The notes under the pieces are model-generated. The model searched no databases, was not told the DNA's origin, and saw only the letters and a program-made list of their open reading frames with translations. DNA of 29,309 bases, taken from positions 1-29,309 of the forward strand of contig JAAZIE010000019.1 in NCBI GenBank assembly GCA_012510305.1, read 5' to 3'. Of this stretch, positions 1 through 9,872 are shown one piece after another. The position numbers and the translations under genes were made by a program. How positions within the stretch are numbered: the first letter of the stretch is position 1; each line of letters begins with the position of its first letter. This DNA comes from Bacillota bacterium (GTDB taxonomy: Bacteria; Bacillota; Dethiobacteria; DTU022).

Positions 1-3
1 GCT

Positions 4-52
4 CAGGGTGACAGTGTGGAAGGCGCAGGGTGACAGTGTGGGAGGCGCAGGG
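4..52. repeat. 22-bp direct tandem repeat, 2 full units plus a partial third (may continue left of the window)
   Basis: cagggtgacagtgtggaaggcg (4-25), cagggtgacagtgtgggaggcg (26-47), then caggg (48-52). 21/22 identity, no spacers. Confidence 0.85.
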
Positions 53-66
53 CGGCAGGAAGGGGG

Positions 67-87
67 AAAAGCGGTCCGGCCGCTTTT
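67..87. terminator. Intrinsic terminator downstream of sigA, potentially bidirectional
   Basis: aaaagcgg-tccgg-ccgctttt perfect 8-bp inverted repeat, 12 nt after the sigA stop. Confidence 0.75.
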
Positions 88-99
88 GAAGGGGTGCGT

Positions 100-1219
<1,120 letters not shown>

Positions 1220-1227
<8 letters not shown>

Positions 1228-3061
1228 GCAATTTCTCCCCTCCTCCGGAACAATAAGGAGTACGCTTCAGTCGTTTAATCACCTGCAACTGCTCCCGAAG
1301 TATTTTCTTGTCATCGTCGTTGTACTGTTTCTTCTGGTCAATCTCTTTCAATACCTGCTGCTGCATTTCCTGTTGCCTGGCTAGCTTTTCCTGATTTATT
1401 CTTTCAATACAGTCGCCGGTCATCCGCAGCAGCATTTCAAGGTCCAGCCCCTGCAGGCTCGGATCTGTGGCCGCCGCGGTAATCATTTGGTGAACGCCGC
1501 TGTCTGCAAAATAATCGATTAACAGCTTGCCGGTGACCGGGCTTCCATCTCCTTTTAATTTCAAAATTGTTTCAATAACCTGCCGGAGCGGCCCTTCCGG
1601 GAAATCCACGGCTTCCAGGGAACTGCAAACCTTTTCGATAACCTCTTCGTCCTGCATCATCAAAGAGAGCAGCATTTTTTCGGCCGGGTGGACCTGGATC
1701 CGGTTAGCATTTTTAGTCTGATCTTTTCTCGCCAGATTATAACCGCCGCTTTTTCCCCGGTTTTTGATCCGCCGCTGCAGCTCCCGCCGGACCGCTGCTT
1801 CGGGCACCCCCAGCTCCCCGGCAACCCGCTGAAGGTAAAGATCGCGCTCCACATGATTGGGCATCTGCATGAGCATTGCGAGCGCCCCTTCAAGAAAACG
1901 CAACCGGCTTTCTTCAGAAGAAGGGTCGAGGTGCCTCTTTAAAATCTCCAGGCGGTACTCTGAAAGAGGCTTGGCCCCGCCGATGATCTTTTCAAAAAAA
2001 GGTGCCCCCTCCTGCCGGATCAAGCCGTCGGGATCGCTGCCCTCGGGCAGATCGGCCACTTCCACCAGGCAGCCGGAGTCCTGTAATATTTTCAGCCCCC
2101 GCAGCGTGGCCGCCTCGCCGGCGCTGTCGGCATCGTAGGCGATGATCACCTTTTTTACCTGTGAACGGATCAACCGCCCCTGGGCCGGGGTCAGCGCCGT
2201 CCCCAGCGAGGCGACAACATTCTTTATGCCGGCCTGGTAAGCGGTGATCACATCGGTATAGCCTTCCACGATCACAGCAACCTGCCGCTTTCGGATCTGC
2301 TGCCGGGCCAGGTGCAGGCCGTAGAGGGAGGACCCTTTTTTGAAAACCGGGGTCTCCGGTGAGTTCAGGTACTTGGGACCGCTTTTCTCTCCTTTTCCCA
2401 GGGCTCTGGCACCAAAACCGACTACCTTCCCGTTAAGATCGAGGATAGGGAAAACCAGCCGGTCTCGAAACCGGTCGTAGAAGCCGCCGTCCCGGCCGGT
2501 TGAAACCAGCCCCGCTTTCAGCAAACGTCCGGCATCAATCCCTTTTTTTTGCGCAAAGTCCAGCAAACCCTGCCATCCCGGCGGTGCATATCCCAGGCCA
2601 AACAGTTCGCTGGATTCCCGGTCAATACCCCTGGCCAAAAGATAGTCCGCTACTTTTTTGCCGGCCGGGGTGCGCAGCTGGGCGCTAAAAAAATCGGCCG
2701 CCATCCGGTTCAGGGAAAAGATTTCCTCCTTCAACCGGCTTGCCTTTCCGCCGGCGGCCCCGGTTTCAGGAATTTTAACCCCGGTCTTCCGGGCGATAAA
2801 GCGAACCGCCTCCGGAAACTCGAGATTTTCCATCTTCATGATAAAGTTGAAAACATTGCCCGAGGCACCGCACCCAAAGCAGTGAAACAGCTGCTTTTCC
2901 GGTGAGACCGTGAACGAGGGCGTTTTTTCGCTGTGAAAAGGGCAGAGGCCGATCATGCTCTTACCCCTTTTCTCCAGGGCAAGGTACTCCCCTACCAGGT
3001 CAGCCATATCACAGCGCTGCCTGATTTCGTCTATGACCTGTTCTGGGATACCCCGCGCCAA
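1220..3061 (-). CDS. dnaG: DNA primase
   Basis: Zn-binding CPFH...CFGC, TOPRIM EGYTDV and DADSAG. Start reassigned from 3157 to TTG at 3061 (RBS GGTGAGG, N-terminus [13 protein letters not shown]). Stop overlaps the sigA ATG (8-bp overlap). Confidence 0.96.
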
Positions 3062-3249
3062 AACCTCACCGCCCGTCGATTGCAAATTGGCCCCGGCTTG
3101 TCTTCCCGGCGCTTGAAAGATAGAAAAACCCCATCCCGATGCAAAGAGACGAGGCAACCCTGGACAAACGATTTATCAGCGTCGATCCGACAATGACCGG
3201 GACGCTCCTCCCTGCGTGAATATATAAGCGCTCTTTACTGTTACACTAT

Positions 3250-3276
3250 ATTCTACGCTCCGGGAGATAATCCTGC
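3250..3276 (-). promoter_or_regulatory. sigmaH-type promoter for dnaG-sigA
   Basis: Minus strand GCAGGATTA-N11-GTAGAAT, an exact match to the Bacillus sigmaH consensus RNAGGAWWW-N11/12-RNNGAAT. The B. subtilis sigA operon is known to have sigmaH promoters. Confidence 0.7.
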
Positions 3277-3348
3277 TTTACCCGGGAATTTCCACAAAGA
3301 TGCCTGAGCCTATTATTGCCATAATGTGACATTATAATTCTTCCGCGT

Positions 3349-3388
3349 GAAAAACTGGTGGGGCCGCCTTCTCAGGACAGCCCCACTT
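3349..3388 (-). terminator. Intrinsic terminator of the redox fusion gene
   Basis: Minus strand gtggggctgtc-ctgagaa-ggcggccccac (11-bp stem with G-U pairs) followed by cagttttt, about 30 nt after the stop at 3417. Confidence 0.65.
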
Positions 3389-3416
3389 GTTGCTGCTTTT
3401 TTTGTCCAACCCCTCT

Positions 3417-5501
3417 TTAACGTAACGGTGACGGGCTCAGCTCTTTAAACTGCTCCGCGGCCTCATCCAGAACCTTGCCAAAACCATCTGCTTCTGAAAA
3501 AGAGAGCTCCCGGTAAGCCACCCGGTTATCGCCCAGACCCAGCTCTTCCAAAAGCGCGTTGAGATGGCCGATCCGCTTCTCAATCCAGCCGGCGGTATCT
3601 TTGTGGGGGCAGGAAGCCTGTTCCTCTTCTTTGCAACCGAGCACAACAATACCGTCCACGCCCATCTCGATTGCCTTGAGCAGATCAGTTGAGTCAACCT
3701 TGGCAACACAGGGATAACGGACCAGGGCCACGTGATCGGCCTTGTATCCTGCTACCGCAGGAAGCGCAAAGGGACCGTAGCTGCAGGCAACGGCCAGCAC
3801 CGCCGGTGCGCTGTTGGCATTTTTAAGCAGTTCCGTTACCGCGGGCTCGATCGCCCCGGCGGCGTCATCGATCATCGGCGTCATGAACTCAATCGCATAG
3901 GCGGGGCAAATGGAGATGCAGAGACCGCAGGCCTGGCATTGTTCACTGCGAATGCTGACCGTTCCATCCACGTTGACCACGGGAACATCATAGGGACAGA
4001 CGCGCACGCAGGTAAGGCAGTTGACACAGAGTTCTTCGATCCGTTCCGCCCCGGCCAGGCAGGTGAGGCAGCGGCGGGCTTCATTGATCGCGTCAGCGGC
4101 GCTGTAAGCATATTCGGCTTGCTTGAAATGCTTGATCCGCTCCGCCGGATCGATCATCGGAAGAGCATGCCGGTCGATCCGGGTGATCTTTTCGGCCACA
4201 TCGGGCTCGAGTTTCTCCAGCGCGGTGGGCTCTTCCAGCAGGCCGCTGTCAAAGGTTTCACCGCGGAGATGGGCCAGAATAGCCTGCGCGGCAACGCGCC
4301 CGTTTTTCATCGACTCCACCGCTGTCCCCGGCCCGGTAACCATCTCGCCGCAGGCAAAAACCCCGGGAGGGCTTGCAGTCATGGTGCGGCGGTCAAAGAC
4401 GACACGGCCGCGTTCGTCGAGGTCAACCTGGCCCTTCAGCGGTTCCGGATCGCCGCCCTGCCCGATGGCAAAGATGATCAGGTCGCCGGAGATAAATTTT
4501 TTGCTTTCCTTATTGTAAGCCGGGTTAAACCGCCCGCTTTCATCAAAAACACGGGTGCACTCGATGAGCTCAAGGCCGTTGATTTTACCCTCTTCACGGA
4601 TGATCTCGTGCGGTCCCCAGGAGTTGTTGAACTCCACTCCCTCTTCCTTGGCTTCTTCTATTTCCCAGGGGAAGGCGGGCATCTCGTCGCTGCACTCGAG
4701 GCAAACCACCTTCACCTTGGCGGCGCCGCAGCGAACCGCCGAACGGGCCACGTCCATGGCCACGTTGCCGCCGCCGACAACGATAACCGTGGGGCTGCCT
4801 GCAAATGTGTAGTTGTCCCGCTTGACCTCTTTGAGGAAGTTGAGAGCATAAAGAATCCCCTCACCTTCCGCCCCGGGTATGTTCAGGCCGTGGCTGACCG
4901 GCAAACCCAAGGCGATCAAAACCGCCTGGTAGCCTTCCTTCTGCAACTGCTCCACCGAAAGATTGCGGCCGAGCTCCATGCCGGTCTTGAATTCCACTCC
5001 CTGTTCGCCGATCTCGGCGATATCCTGATCGATCGCCCCGTCGGGGAGGCGGTAGAACGGGATGTAGTGGCGCACGGCACCGCCCATAAAGGGCTCCCGG
5101 TCAAAAACGGTAACAGCGCAGCCCTCGCGGGCCAGATCGTAAGCGGCAGTGAGCCCGCTGGGCCCGCCGCCGATAACGGCCACTTTTCCCGCAGATCCGG
5201 GCTCTATCTCGGAAAGAGGCGCCTTTACTGTGCTGTTTTCCACAGCGAAGCGCTTCAGGGCGCGAATAGAGGGCGGCTGGTCAACATCATGACGGCGGCA
5301 TTCATCTTCGCAGTGATGCGCACAGATAGTGCCGCAGATTGAAGGCAGGGGATTACTTTCCTTGATCAGCGCCAGCGCCCGGTCAAAATCGCCCGTGGCG
5401 ATGGCTAAAAGATAATCACGTACATCTTGATGAATAGGACAGGCTACCTGACAGGGTGGAAGAATGTTTTCCGCCGGTTCCTGGATTTTATGCTCGGCCA
5501 A
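3417..5501 (-). CDS. FAD/NAD(P)-dependent Fe-S oxidoreductase fusion: GltD/DsrL-like domain + 2x[4Fe-4S] ferredoxin + C-terminal MvhD/FlpD-like domain
   Basis: N-terminal PPCxxxCP...CGxxCxxxCExxCRR; FAD motif GGGPSG; second Rossmann GGGNVAMD; EARRCLTC; two CxxCxxCxxxCP motifs; MvhD-like CSY...PC...GVDGIVVLGC...C...LLEELGL...S.SE...F. TTG start with RBS AGGAG. Confidence 0.88.
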   Translation of the reverse strand: MAEHKIQEPAENILPPCQVACPIHQDVRDYLLAIATGDFDRALALIKESNPLPSICGTICAHHCEDECRRHDVDQPPSIRALKRFAVENSTVKAPLSEIEPGSAGKVAVIGGGPSGLTAAYDLAREGCAVTVFDREPFMGGAVRHYIPFYRLPDGAIDQDIAEIGEQGVEFKTGMELGRNLSVEQLQKEGYQAVLIALGLPVSHGLNIPGAEGEGILYALNFLKEVKRDNYTFAGSPTVIVVGGGNVAMDVARSAVRCGAAKVKVVCLECSDEMPAFPWEIEEAKEEGVEFNNSWGPHEIIREEGKINGLELIECTRVFDESGRFNPAYNKESKKFISGDLIIFAIGQGGDPEPLKGQVDLDERGRVVFDRRTMTASPPGVFACGEMVTGPGTAVESMKNGRVAAQAILAHLRGETFDSGLLEEPTALEKLEPDVAEKITRIDRHALPMIDPAERIKHFKQAEYAYSAADAINEARRCLTCLAGAERIEELCVNCLTCVRVCPYDVPVVNVDGTVSIRSEQCQACGLCISICPAYAIEFMTPMIDDAAGAIEPAVTELLKNANSAPAVLAVACSYGPFALPAVAGYKADHVALVRYPCVAKVDSTDLLKAIEMGVDGIVVLGCKEEEQASCPHKDTAGWIEKRIGHLNALLEELGLGDNRVAYRELSFSEADGFGKVLDEAAEQFKELSPSPLR

Positions 5502-5541
5502 GAATAATCACTCCTAATTATATTTTTATCCCAATACTTAT

Positions 5542-5569
5542 ATTTCGCGGTTAAATTCTGTATTCCTTT
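5542..5569 (-). promoter_or_regulatory. sigmaH-like promoter candidate for the redox fusion
   Basis: Minus strand AAAGGAATA...CGCGAAAT: AGGA-N17-GAAA, one mismatch to AGGA-N17-GAAT, about 40 nt before the TTG. Confidence 0.5.
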
Positions 5570-5633
5570 CAACAGCAGTTTAAATTCTCTCTATTCTTTC
5601 AGCTTTTCTATTATTTCCAGGGATTTTTTTCAT

Positions 5634-5661
5634 GAAGGAATTAATTTTTTGTTCGCGAAAT
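5634..5661 (+). promoter_or_regulatory. sigmaH-like promoter candidate facing the flavodoxin remnant and dac
   Basis: Plus strand GAAGGAATT...CGCGAAAT: AGGA-N17-GAAA, same core as the divergent copy at 5542-5569. Confidence 0.45.
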
Positions 5662-5671
5662 AAAAAACAAC

Positions 5672-5935
5672 TTAAATATAAGATCTGCCCCGGCGTAATA
5701 CGGAGGTGGCCCGGGCAGCTTCGATCACCCGGCGGGCCGGGATCTCCGCCCGCCTGACGGCATTTTCATCATCGGAGGCGGGAGACTGTGCGCAGCAGCC
5801 ATGGTGACCGGCATCGGCGGCGCCGTGACCGTCGCCGACGAGGATCATTCCCTGGACCAGCATCAGATCATGCAAGGCCCTGAGCGCTGTTTCCTGTCCG
5901 CCGAAACGGGTTCCGCCGGTGGTCACTGCAGTTAT
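5672..5935 (-). pseudogene. 5'-truncated flavodoxin-family / NAD(P)H-dependent FMN reductase (iron-sulfur flavoprotein-like) C-terminal fragment
   Basis: AVTTGGTRFGGQETALRALHDLMLVQGMILVGDG matches the family GGxRxGGQE...L.xGMIxVG segment. The N-terminal FMN-binding half is absent; the upstream frame runs antisense through the dac RBS and CDS, and the ATG at 5959 has no RBS. Confidence 0.7.
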
Positions 5936-5963
5936 TTGACCAATCCTGGGAGGTTGCATTGAA

Positions 5964-7151
5964 ATGCATATGCTCAAGAAACAGTTTGCTTGCTTTTTGG
6001 CCGCGCTGATTGTACTGCAAATTTTTGTTTTCACCATCCAGGCGGCACCCTCAAGCGCTGAACTGAAGCTAAATTCCGAAGCCGCTCTGCTCATCGATGC
6101 AGAAAATGAAACCGTGCTCTACGAGAAGAATGCCCATAAAAAAATGGCTCCGGCCAGCCTGACCAAGCTGATGATCCTGCTGCTGGCCATGGAAGACCTG
6201 GAAGCAGGCCGGGTGGACCAAGACAGTACGGTCACCATAAGTGAAAGAGCCTGGCGAACCGGCGCCGATGAATCGCAGATGTTCCTCAATGCCGGGCAGC
6301 ATGTTTCTTTCAAGGAGCTGATTGACGGCATCGCCGTCGTCTCGGCAAATGATGCCTGCATCGCTGTAGCCGAGCATCTGAACGGTTCTGTCGAGGTCTT
6401 TGTTCAGCGGATGAACTCCCGGGCGGCCGAACTGGGCCTGAAAAACAGCCATTTTGCCAATGTTCACGGCCTGGACGACCCCGCTCACCATATGAGCGCG
6501 GCCGATGTAGCCCATCTCACATCTTACCTGATCCGCTCCCATCCGGAAGCGCTGGCGATATCTTCTAAAAAGGAGCTTACTTTCAATGAGATTCTCCAGT
6601 TTAACTACAATACCCTTCTTGGTAAGTACCCCGGCACCGACGGCATGAAAACAGGGAATACGCCCAAAGCCGGCTACTGCCTGGCCTCGACCGCCGAACA
6701 GCAGGGGATGCGCCTGATTGGCGTGACCATGCACGCGGATACCAAGGGCAAGCGCCACAACGACAGCGTGGCGCTGCTCGATTACGGTTTCTGCAACTAT
6801 GAACTGAAAACACTTTACGAAGAGGGTAAGGTTGTCACCACCATACCGGTGAAACGGGGACAGAAAAAGGAAGCCGCCCTGGTCAGCCCCGATCCGGTGC
6901 GGGCCGTGGTTCCCCGCAATAACAAGAGCTACAAAATCACCGAAGAGCTTGACCTCCCCCGGTCCTTGAACGCCCCGGTGGAAAAGGGCGACGTCGTCGG
7001 CACGTTGCGGCTGAAAGATGCTCGGGGTAAAACGATCACCGAGGTGGAGTTGAAGGCAAAAGAAAGTTTAAGCCGGCTGGGCTTCTTCCCCCATATCTGG
7101 CGCCAGGCGGGTGACCTTTTCAGCGGGCTCTGGAAGCGGATCCGGCGGTGA
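5964..7151 (+). CDS. D-alanyl-D-alanine carboxypeptidase (peptidase S11, DacA/DacF-like)
   Basis: Signal peptide, PASLTK (SxxK), SAN (SxN), KTG, PBP5-type C-terminal domain, C-terminal amphipathic helix (FFPHIWRQAGDLFSGLWKRIRR), RBS GGGAGG. Exact paralog not assignable. Confidence 0.92.
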   Translation: MHMLKKQFACFLAALIVLQIFVFTIQAAPSSAELKLNSEAALLIDAENETVLYEKNAHKKMAPASLTKLMILLLAMEDLEAGRVDQDSTVTISERAWRTGADESQMFLNAGQHVSFKELIDGIAVVSANDACIAVAEHLNGSVEVFVQRMNSRAAELGLKNSHFANVHGLDDPAHHMSAADVAHLTSYLIRSHPEALAISSKKELTFNEILQFNYNTLLGKYPGTDGMKTGNTPKAGYCLASTAEQQGMRLIGVTMHADTKGKRHNDSVALLDYGFCNYELKTLYEEGKVVTTIPVKRGQKKEAALVSPDPVRAVVPRNNKSYKITEELDLPRSLNAPVEKGDVVGTLRLKDARGKTITEVELKAKESLSRLGFFPHIWRQAGDLFSGLWKRIRR

Positions 7152-7175
7152 TCGTTTGATCAAGCGAAAAAGAGC

Positions 7176-7208
7176 GGCGGGGCGGGCGGGAACAGGCCCG
7201 GCCCCGCC
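7176..7208. terminator. Terminator between convergent dac and ppdK
   Basis: ggcggggc-gggc...gccc-g-gccccgcc GC-rich hairpin, with aaaaa upstream and tttt downstream. Confidence 0.65.
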
Positions 7209-7223
7209 TCATTTTCAAAGCGG

Positions 7224-9872
7224 TTATTTACCCTTCAGCGCTGCTTGTGCAGCCGCCAGCCGGGCTACCGGTACCCGGTAAGGGGAGCAGCTGACATAAT
7301 CAAGCCCGGTTTTTTCAAAGAACTCTATCGAGGCCGGATTTCCGCCGTGCTCGCCGCAAACCCCCAGTTTGAGCGCCGGCCTCACCCGGCGCCCCTGTGC
7401 AGTCGCTTCAGCCAGCAGCCGCCCCACGCCCTCCCGGTCCAGCTCGATGAAGGGGTTTTCCTTCAAAATCCCTTCCCGCACATAAACAGGTAAAAAACTC
7501 CTCTCGGCGTCATCACGGCTGAATCCCAGCGTGGTTTGGGTCAGATCGTTGGTCCCAAAGGAGAAAAATTCGGCATCTTCGGCCAGCTCTCCAGCCAGCA
7601 GGCAGGCTCGCGGCAGCTCGATCATCGTGCCCACCAGGTAAGATAACCGGCGTCCGGACCGGCTGAGCAGCTCTTCCGCTACCGCCGTAATCTCCCCGGC
7701 GATCCGCTTCATCTCAGCGGCATGGCTCACCAGGGGAATCATCAGCTCCAGTTTGATCTGCTCCGGGGAAAAACCTTCCTGCATCAGCTCCAGGGCGGCT
7801 GTGATCACCGCCTCTGCCTGCATGCGGCAGATTTCGGGATAAAGCAACCCCAGGCGGCAGCCGCGCAGGCCCAGCATGGGGTTCAGCTCCAAAAGGTCGT
7901 TTACTTTTTGCAGGAGTATTTCTTTCTCTTTCAGCTGTTCACCGCCGTTTTCCTCACGGCGCAGCCGATCCACTTCGATGAGCAGCGTTTCCCGGTTCGG
8001 CAGAAATTCGTGCAGCGGCGGATCCAGCAGGCGAATTGTAACCGGGTAACCGGCCATCGCACTGAGCATTCCTTTAAAATCATTTATTTGCAGCGGCAGC
8101 AGCCCCCGCAGGGCCCTTTCGCGTTCGCCGGCGCTACCGGCCAAAATCATCTGCCGCACCAGGGGCAGCCTTTCTTTTTCCATGAACATGTGCTCGGTCC
8201 GGCAAAGACCGATCCCTTCTGCGCCCAGTTCCAGGGCCCGGAGGGCATCTTCGGGCCTGTCGGCATTGGCCCGCACCCCCAGGCGCCTGGCCTCATCGGC
8301 CCACTGAAGAAGCTTTTTAAATTCCGGCGTAAGCGCGGGCTTGATCCGGGGAGGCTGCCCTAAAATTACCTCTCCGGTAGTCCCGTCAATAGAGAAAATG
8401 GTTCCCTCGGGGTAGCCCTGACCGCCCACCGCCAGCCGGCGCGCTTCCAGATCGATCTTCAACTCCTTGCACCCGCAAACACAGGGTTTGCCGGCTCCCC
8501 GGGCGATAACGGCGGCATGGCTGGTCATGCCTCCCCTGCTGGTGAGAATCCCCTGGGCGCCGTAAAACCCATGCACATCATCGGGAGTGGTTTCCGGGCG
8601 CACAAGAATCACTTTTTCCCCGGCGCCAGCCTCATCCCGGGCTCTATCGGCGTCAAAAATAATCTTTCCCGACGCCGCACCCGGTGAGGCCGGCAGGCCG
8701 CGGGCCACTGCATTAATCTTGCCGTTAGGATCAAACCGGGGATGCAGCAGCTGCTCCAGCCCGGCGGGGTTAATTCTCTGCAGCGCTTTTGCTGTGCTGA
8801 TCTTGCCTTCTTCAACCAGGTCCACGGCGATTTTTACTGCGGCGGCGGCGGTCCGTTTACCCTCACGGGTCTGTAAAAGATAGAGCTTGCCTTTTTCAAT
8901 GGTGAACTCAATATCCTGCATATCACAGTAATGATCCTCTAACAGCTGACACAGTTCCATAAACTGCCGGTAAACCCGGGGCAGGGTGCCGCTTAAATCC
9001 TTCAAAGGGCGGGGTGTGCGCACACCGGCAACCACGTCTTCGCCCTGCGCATTGAGCAGGTACTCGCCGTACACCCCTTTTTCACCGCTGGCCGGGTTTC
9101 GGGTGAAAGCAACCCCGGTCCCGCTGTCACAGCCCAGGTTTCCGAAAACCATGGCCTGCACGGTAACCGCAGTGCCGAGATGCTGCGGAATCGCATTGAC
9201 CCGGCGATAAACCAGGGCCCGCTCCGTATTCCAGGAATCAAAAACTGCTCCTACGGCCTGAAACAGCTGTTCCCGCGGATCATGGGGAAACCGCTCCCCG
9301 GTGGCTTCAGCAACCACCCCAAAAAAACGATCGATCACCGCTTCCAGTTCAGTTTCACTCAACCCGGCGTCGTCCTCAACCCCGTTCTCTTCCCTGGCCT
9401 TTTCCAAAACCGACTCAAAAAGCTGGTGGTCTACGCCGAGAACAACGTTGCTGAACATCTGGATAAAGCGGCGGTAGCAATCCAGGGCAAACCGGTGATC
9501 CCCTGTTTCAGCCGCCAGTTCCCTCGTGGTAAGCCGGTTAAGGCCGAGGTTGAGAATGGTATCCATCATCCCCGGCATGGAGACCGCGGCGCCGGAACGA
9601 ACTGAAAGAAGCAGGGGCTTCGTTCCACCGAAACATCTCCCGGTGTCCTCCTCCAGCCGGGAGAGCTCCTGCTCGATTTCTTGCTTCAGCTCCGGCCAGA
9701 GCACCCGCTCTGCTGAAAAATACCTGTTACAGGCTTTCGTGCTGATAGTAAAACCGGGCGGCACCGGAAGACCAATTTGCATCATTTCCGCCAGGTTGGC
9801 TCCTTTACCGCCCAGCAAAGCTTTCATCTCCGCACCGCCCCGGGAAAAGCGGTATACCGTTCGCCCCTTCAA
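7224..9872 (-). CDS. ppdK: Pyruvate, phosphate dikinase
   Basis: LLGGKGANLAEM, GMMDTILNLG, phospho-His GGMTSHAAV, GIGLCRTEHMF, SFGTNDLTQ, CGEHGG. TTG start overlapping the upstream stop. Confidence 0.97.
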   Translation of the reverse strand: MKGRTVYRFSRGGAEMKALLGGKGANLAEMMQIGLPVPPGFTISTKACNRYFSAERVLWPELKQEIEQELSRLEEDTGRCFGGTKPLLLSVRSGAAVSMPGMMDTILNLGLNRLTTRELAAETGDHRFALDCYRRFIQMFSNVVLGVDHQLFESVLEKAREENGVEDDAGLSETELEAVIDRFFGVVAEATGERFPHDPREQLFQAVGAVFDSWNTERALVYRRVNAIPQHLGTAVTVQAMVFGNLGCDSGTGVAFTRNPASGEKGVYGEYLLNAQGEDVVAGVRTPRPLKDLSGTLPRVYRQFMELCQLLEDHYCDMQDIEFTIEKGKLYLLQTREGKRTAAAAVKIAVDLVEEGKISTAKALQRINPAGLEQLLHPRFDPNGKINAVARGLPASPGAASGKIIFDADRARDEAGAGEKVILVRPETTPDDVHGFYGAQGILTSRGGMTSHAAVIARGAGKPCVCGCKELKIDLEARRLAVGGQGYPEGTIFSIDGTTGEVILGQPPRIKPALTPEFKKLLQWADEARRLGVRANADRPEDALRALELGAEGIGLCRTEHMFMEKERLPLVRQMILAGSAGERERALRGLLPLQINDFKGMLSAMAGYPVTIRLLDPPLHEFLPNRETLLIEVDRLRREENGGEQLKEKEILLQKVNDLLELNPMLGLRGCRLGLLYPEICRMQAEAVITAALELMQEGFSPEQIKLELMIPLVSHAAEMKRIAGEITAVAEELLSRSGRRLSYLVGTMIELPRACLLAGELAEDAEFFSFGTNDLTQTTLGFSRDDAERSFLPVYVREGILKENPFIELDREGVGRLLAEATAQGRRVRPALKLGVCGEHGGNPASIEFFEKTGLDYVSCSPYRVPVARLAAAQAALKGK

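Noticed and set aside
4-52. Possible CRISPR array
   Set aside because: Units are directly adjacent with no spacers, only 22 bp long, and there are no cas genes.
3236-3258. NrdR- or Rex-like box near the dnaG promoter
   Set aside because: Several mismatches at conserved positions; not distinguishable from AT-rich background.
3732-5342. 536-aa plus-strand ORF
   Set aside because: Exact antisense shadow of the redox fusion; no motifs; explained by scarce stop codons on the reverse strand of GC-rich genes.
3417-5501. Selenocysteine recoding in the redox fusion, prompted by the presence of selU
   Set aside because: The frame is continuous with no in-frame TGA, and all Fe-S ligand positions I checked are Cys codons.
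5672-6094. 140-aa minus ORF as an intact gene
   Set aside because: Its first 45 codons are antisense to the dac RBS and signal peptide; only the last about 85 codons look protein-like, so it is called a pseudogene fragment.
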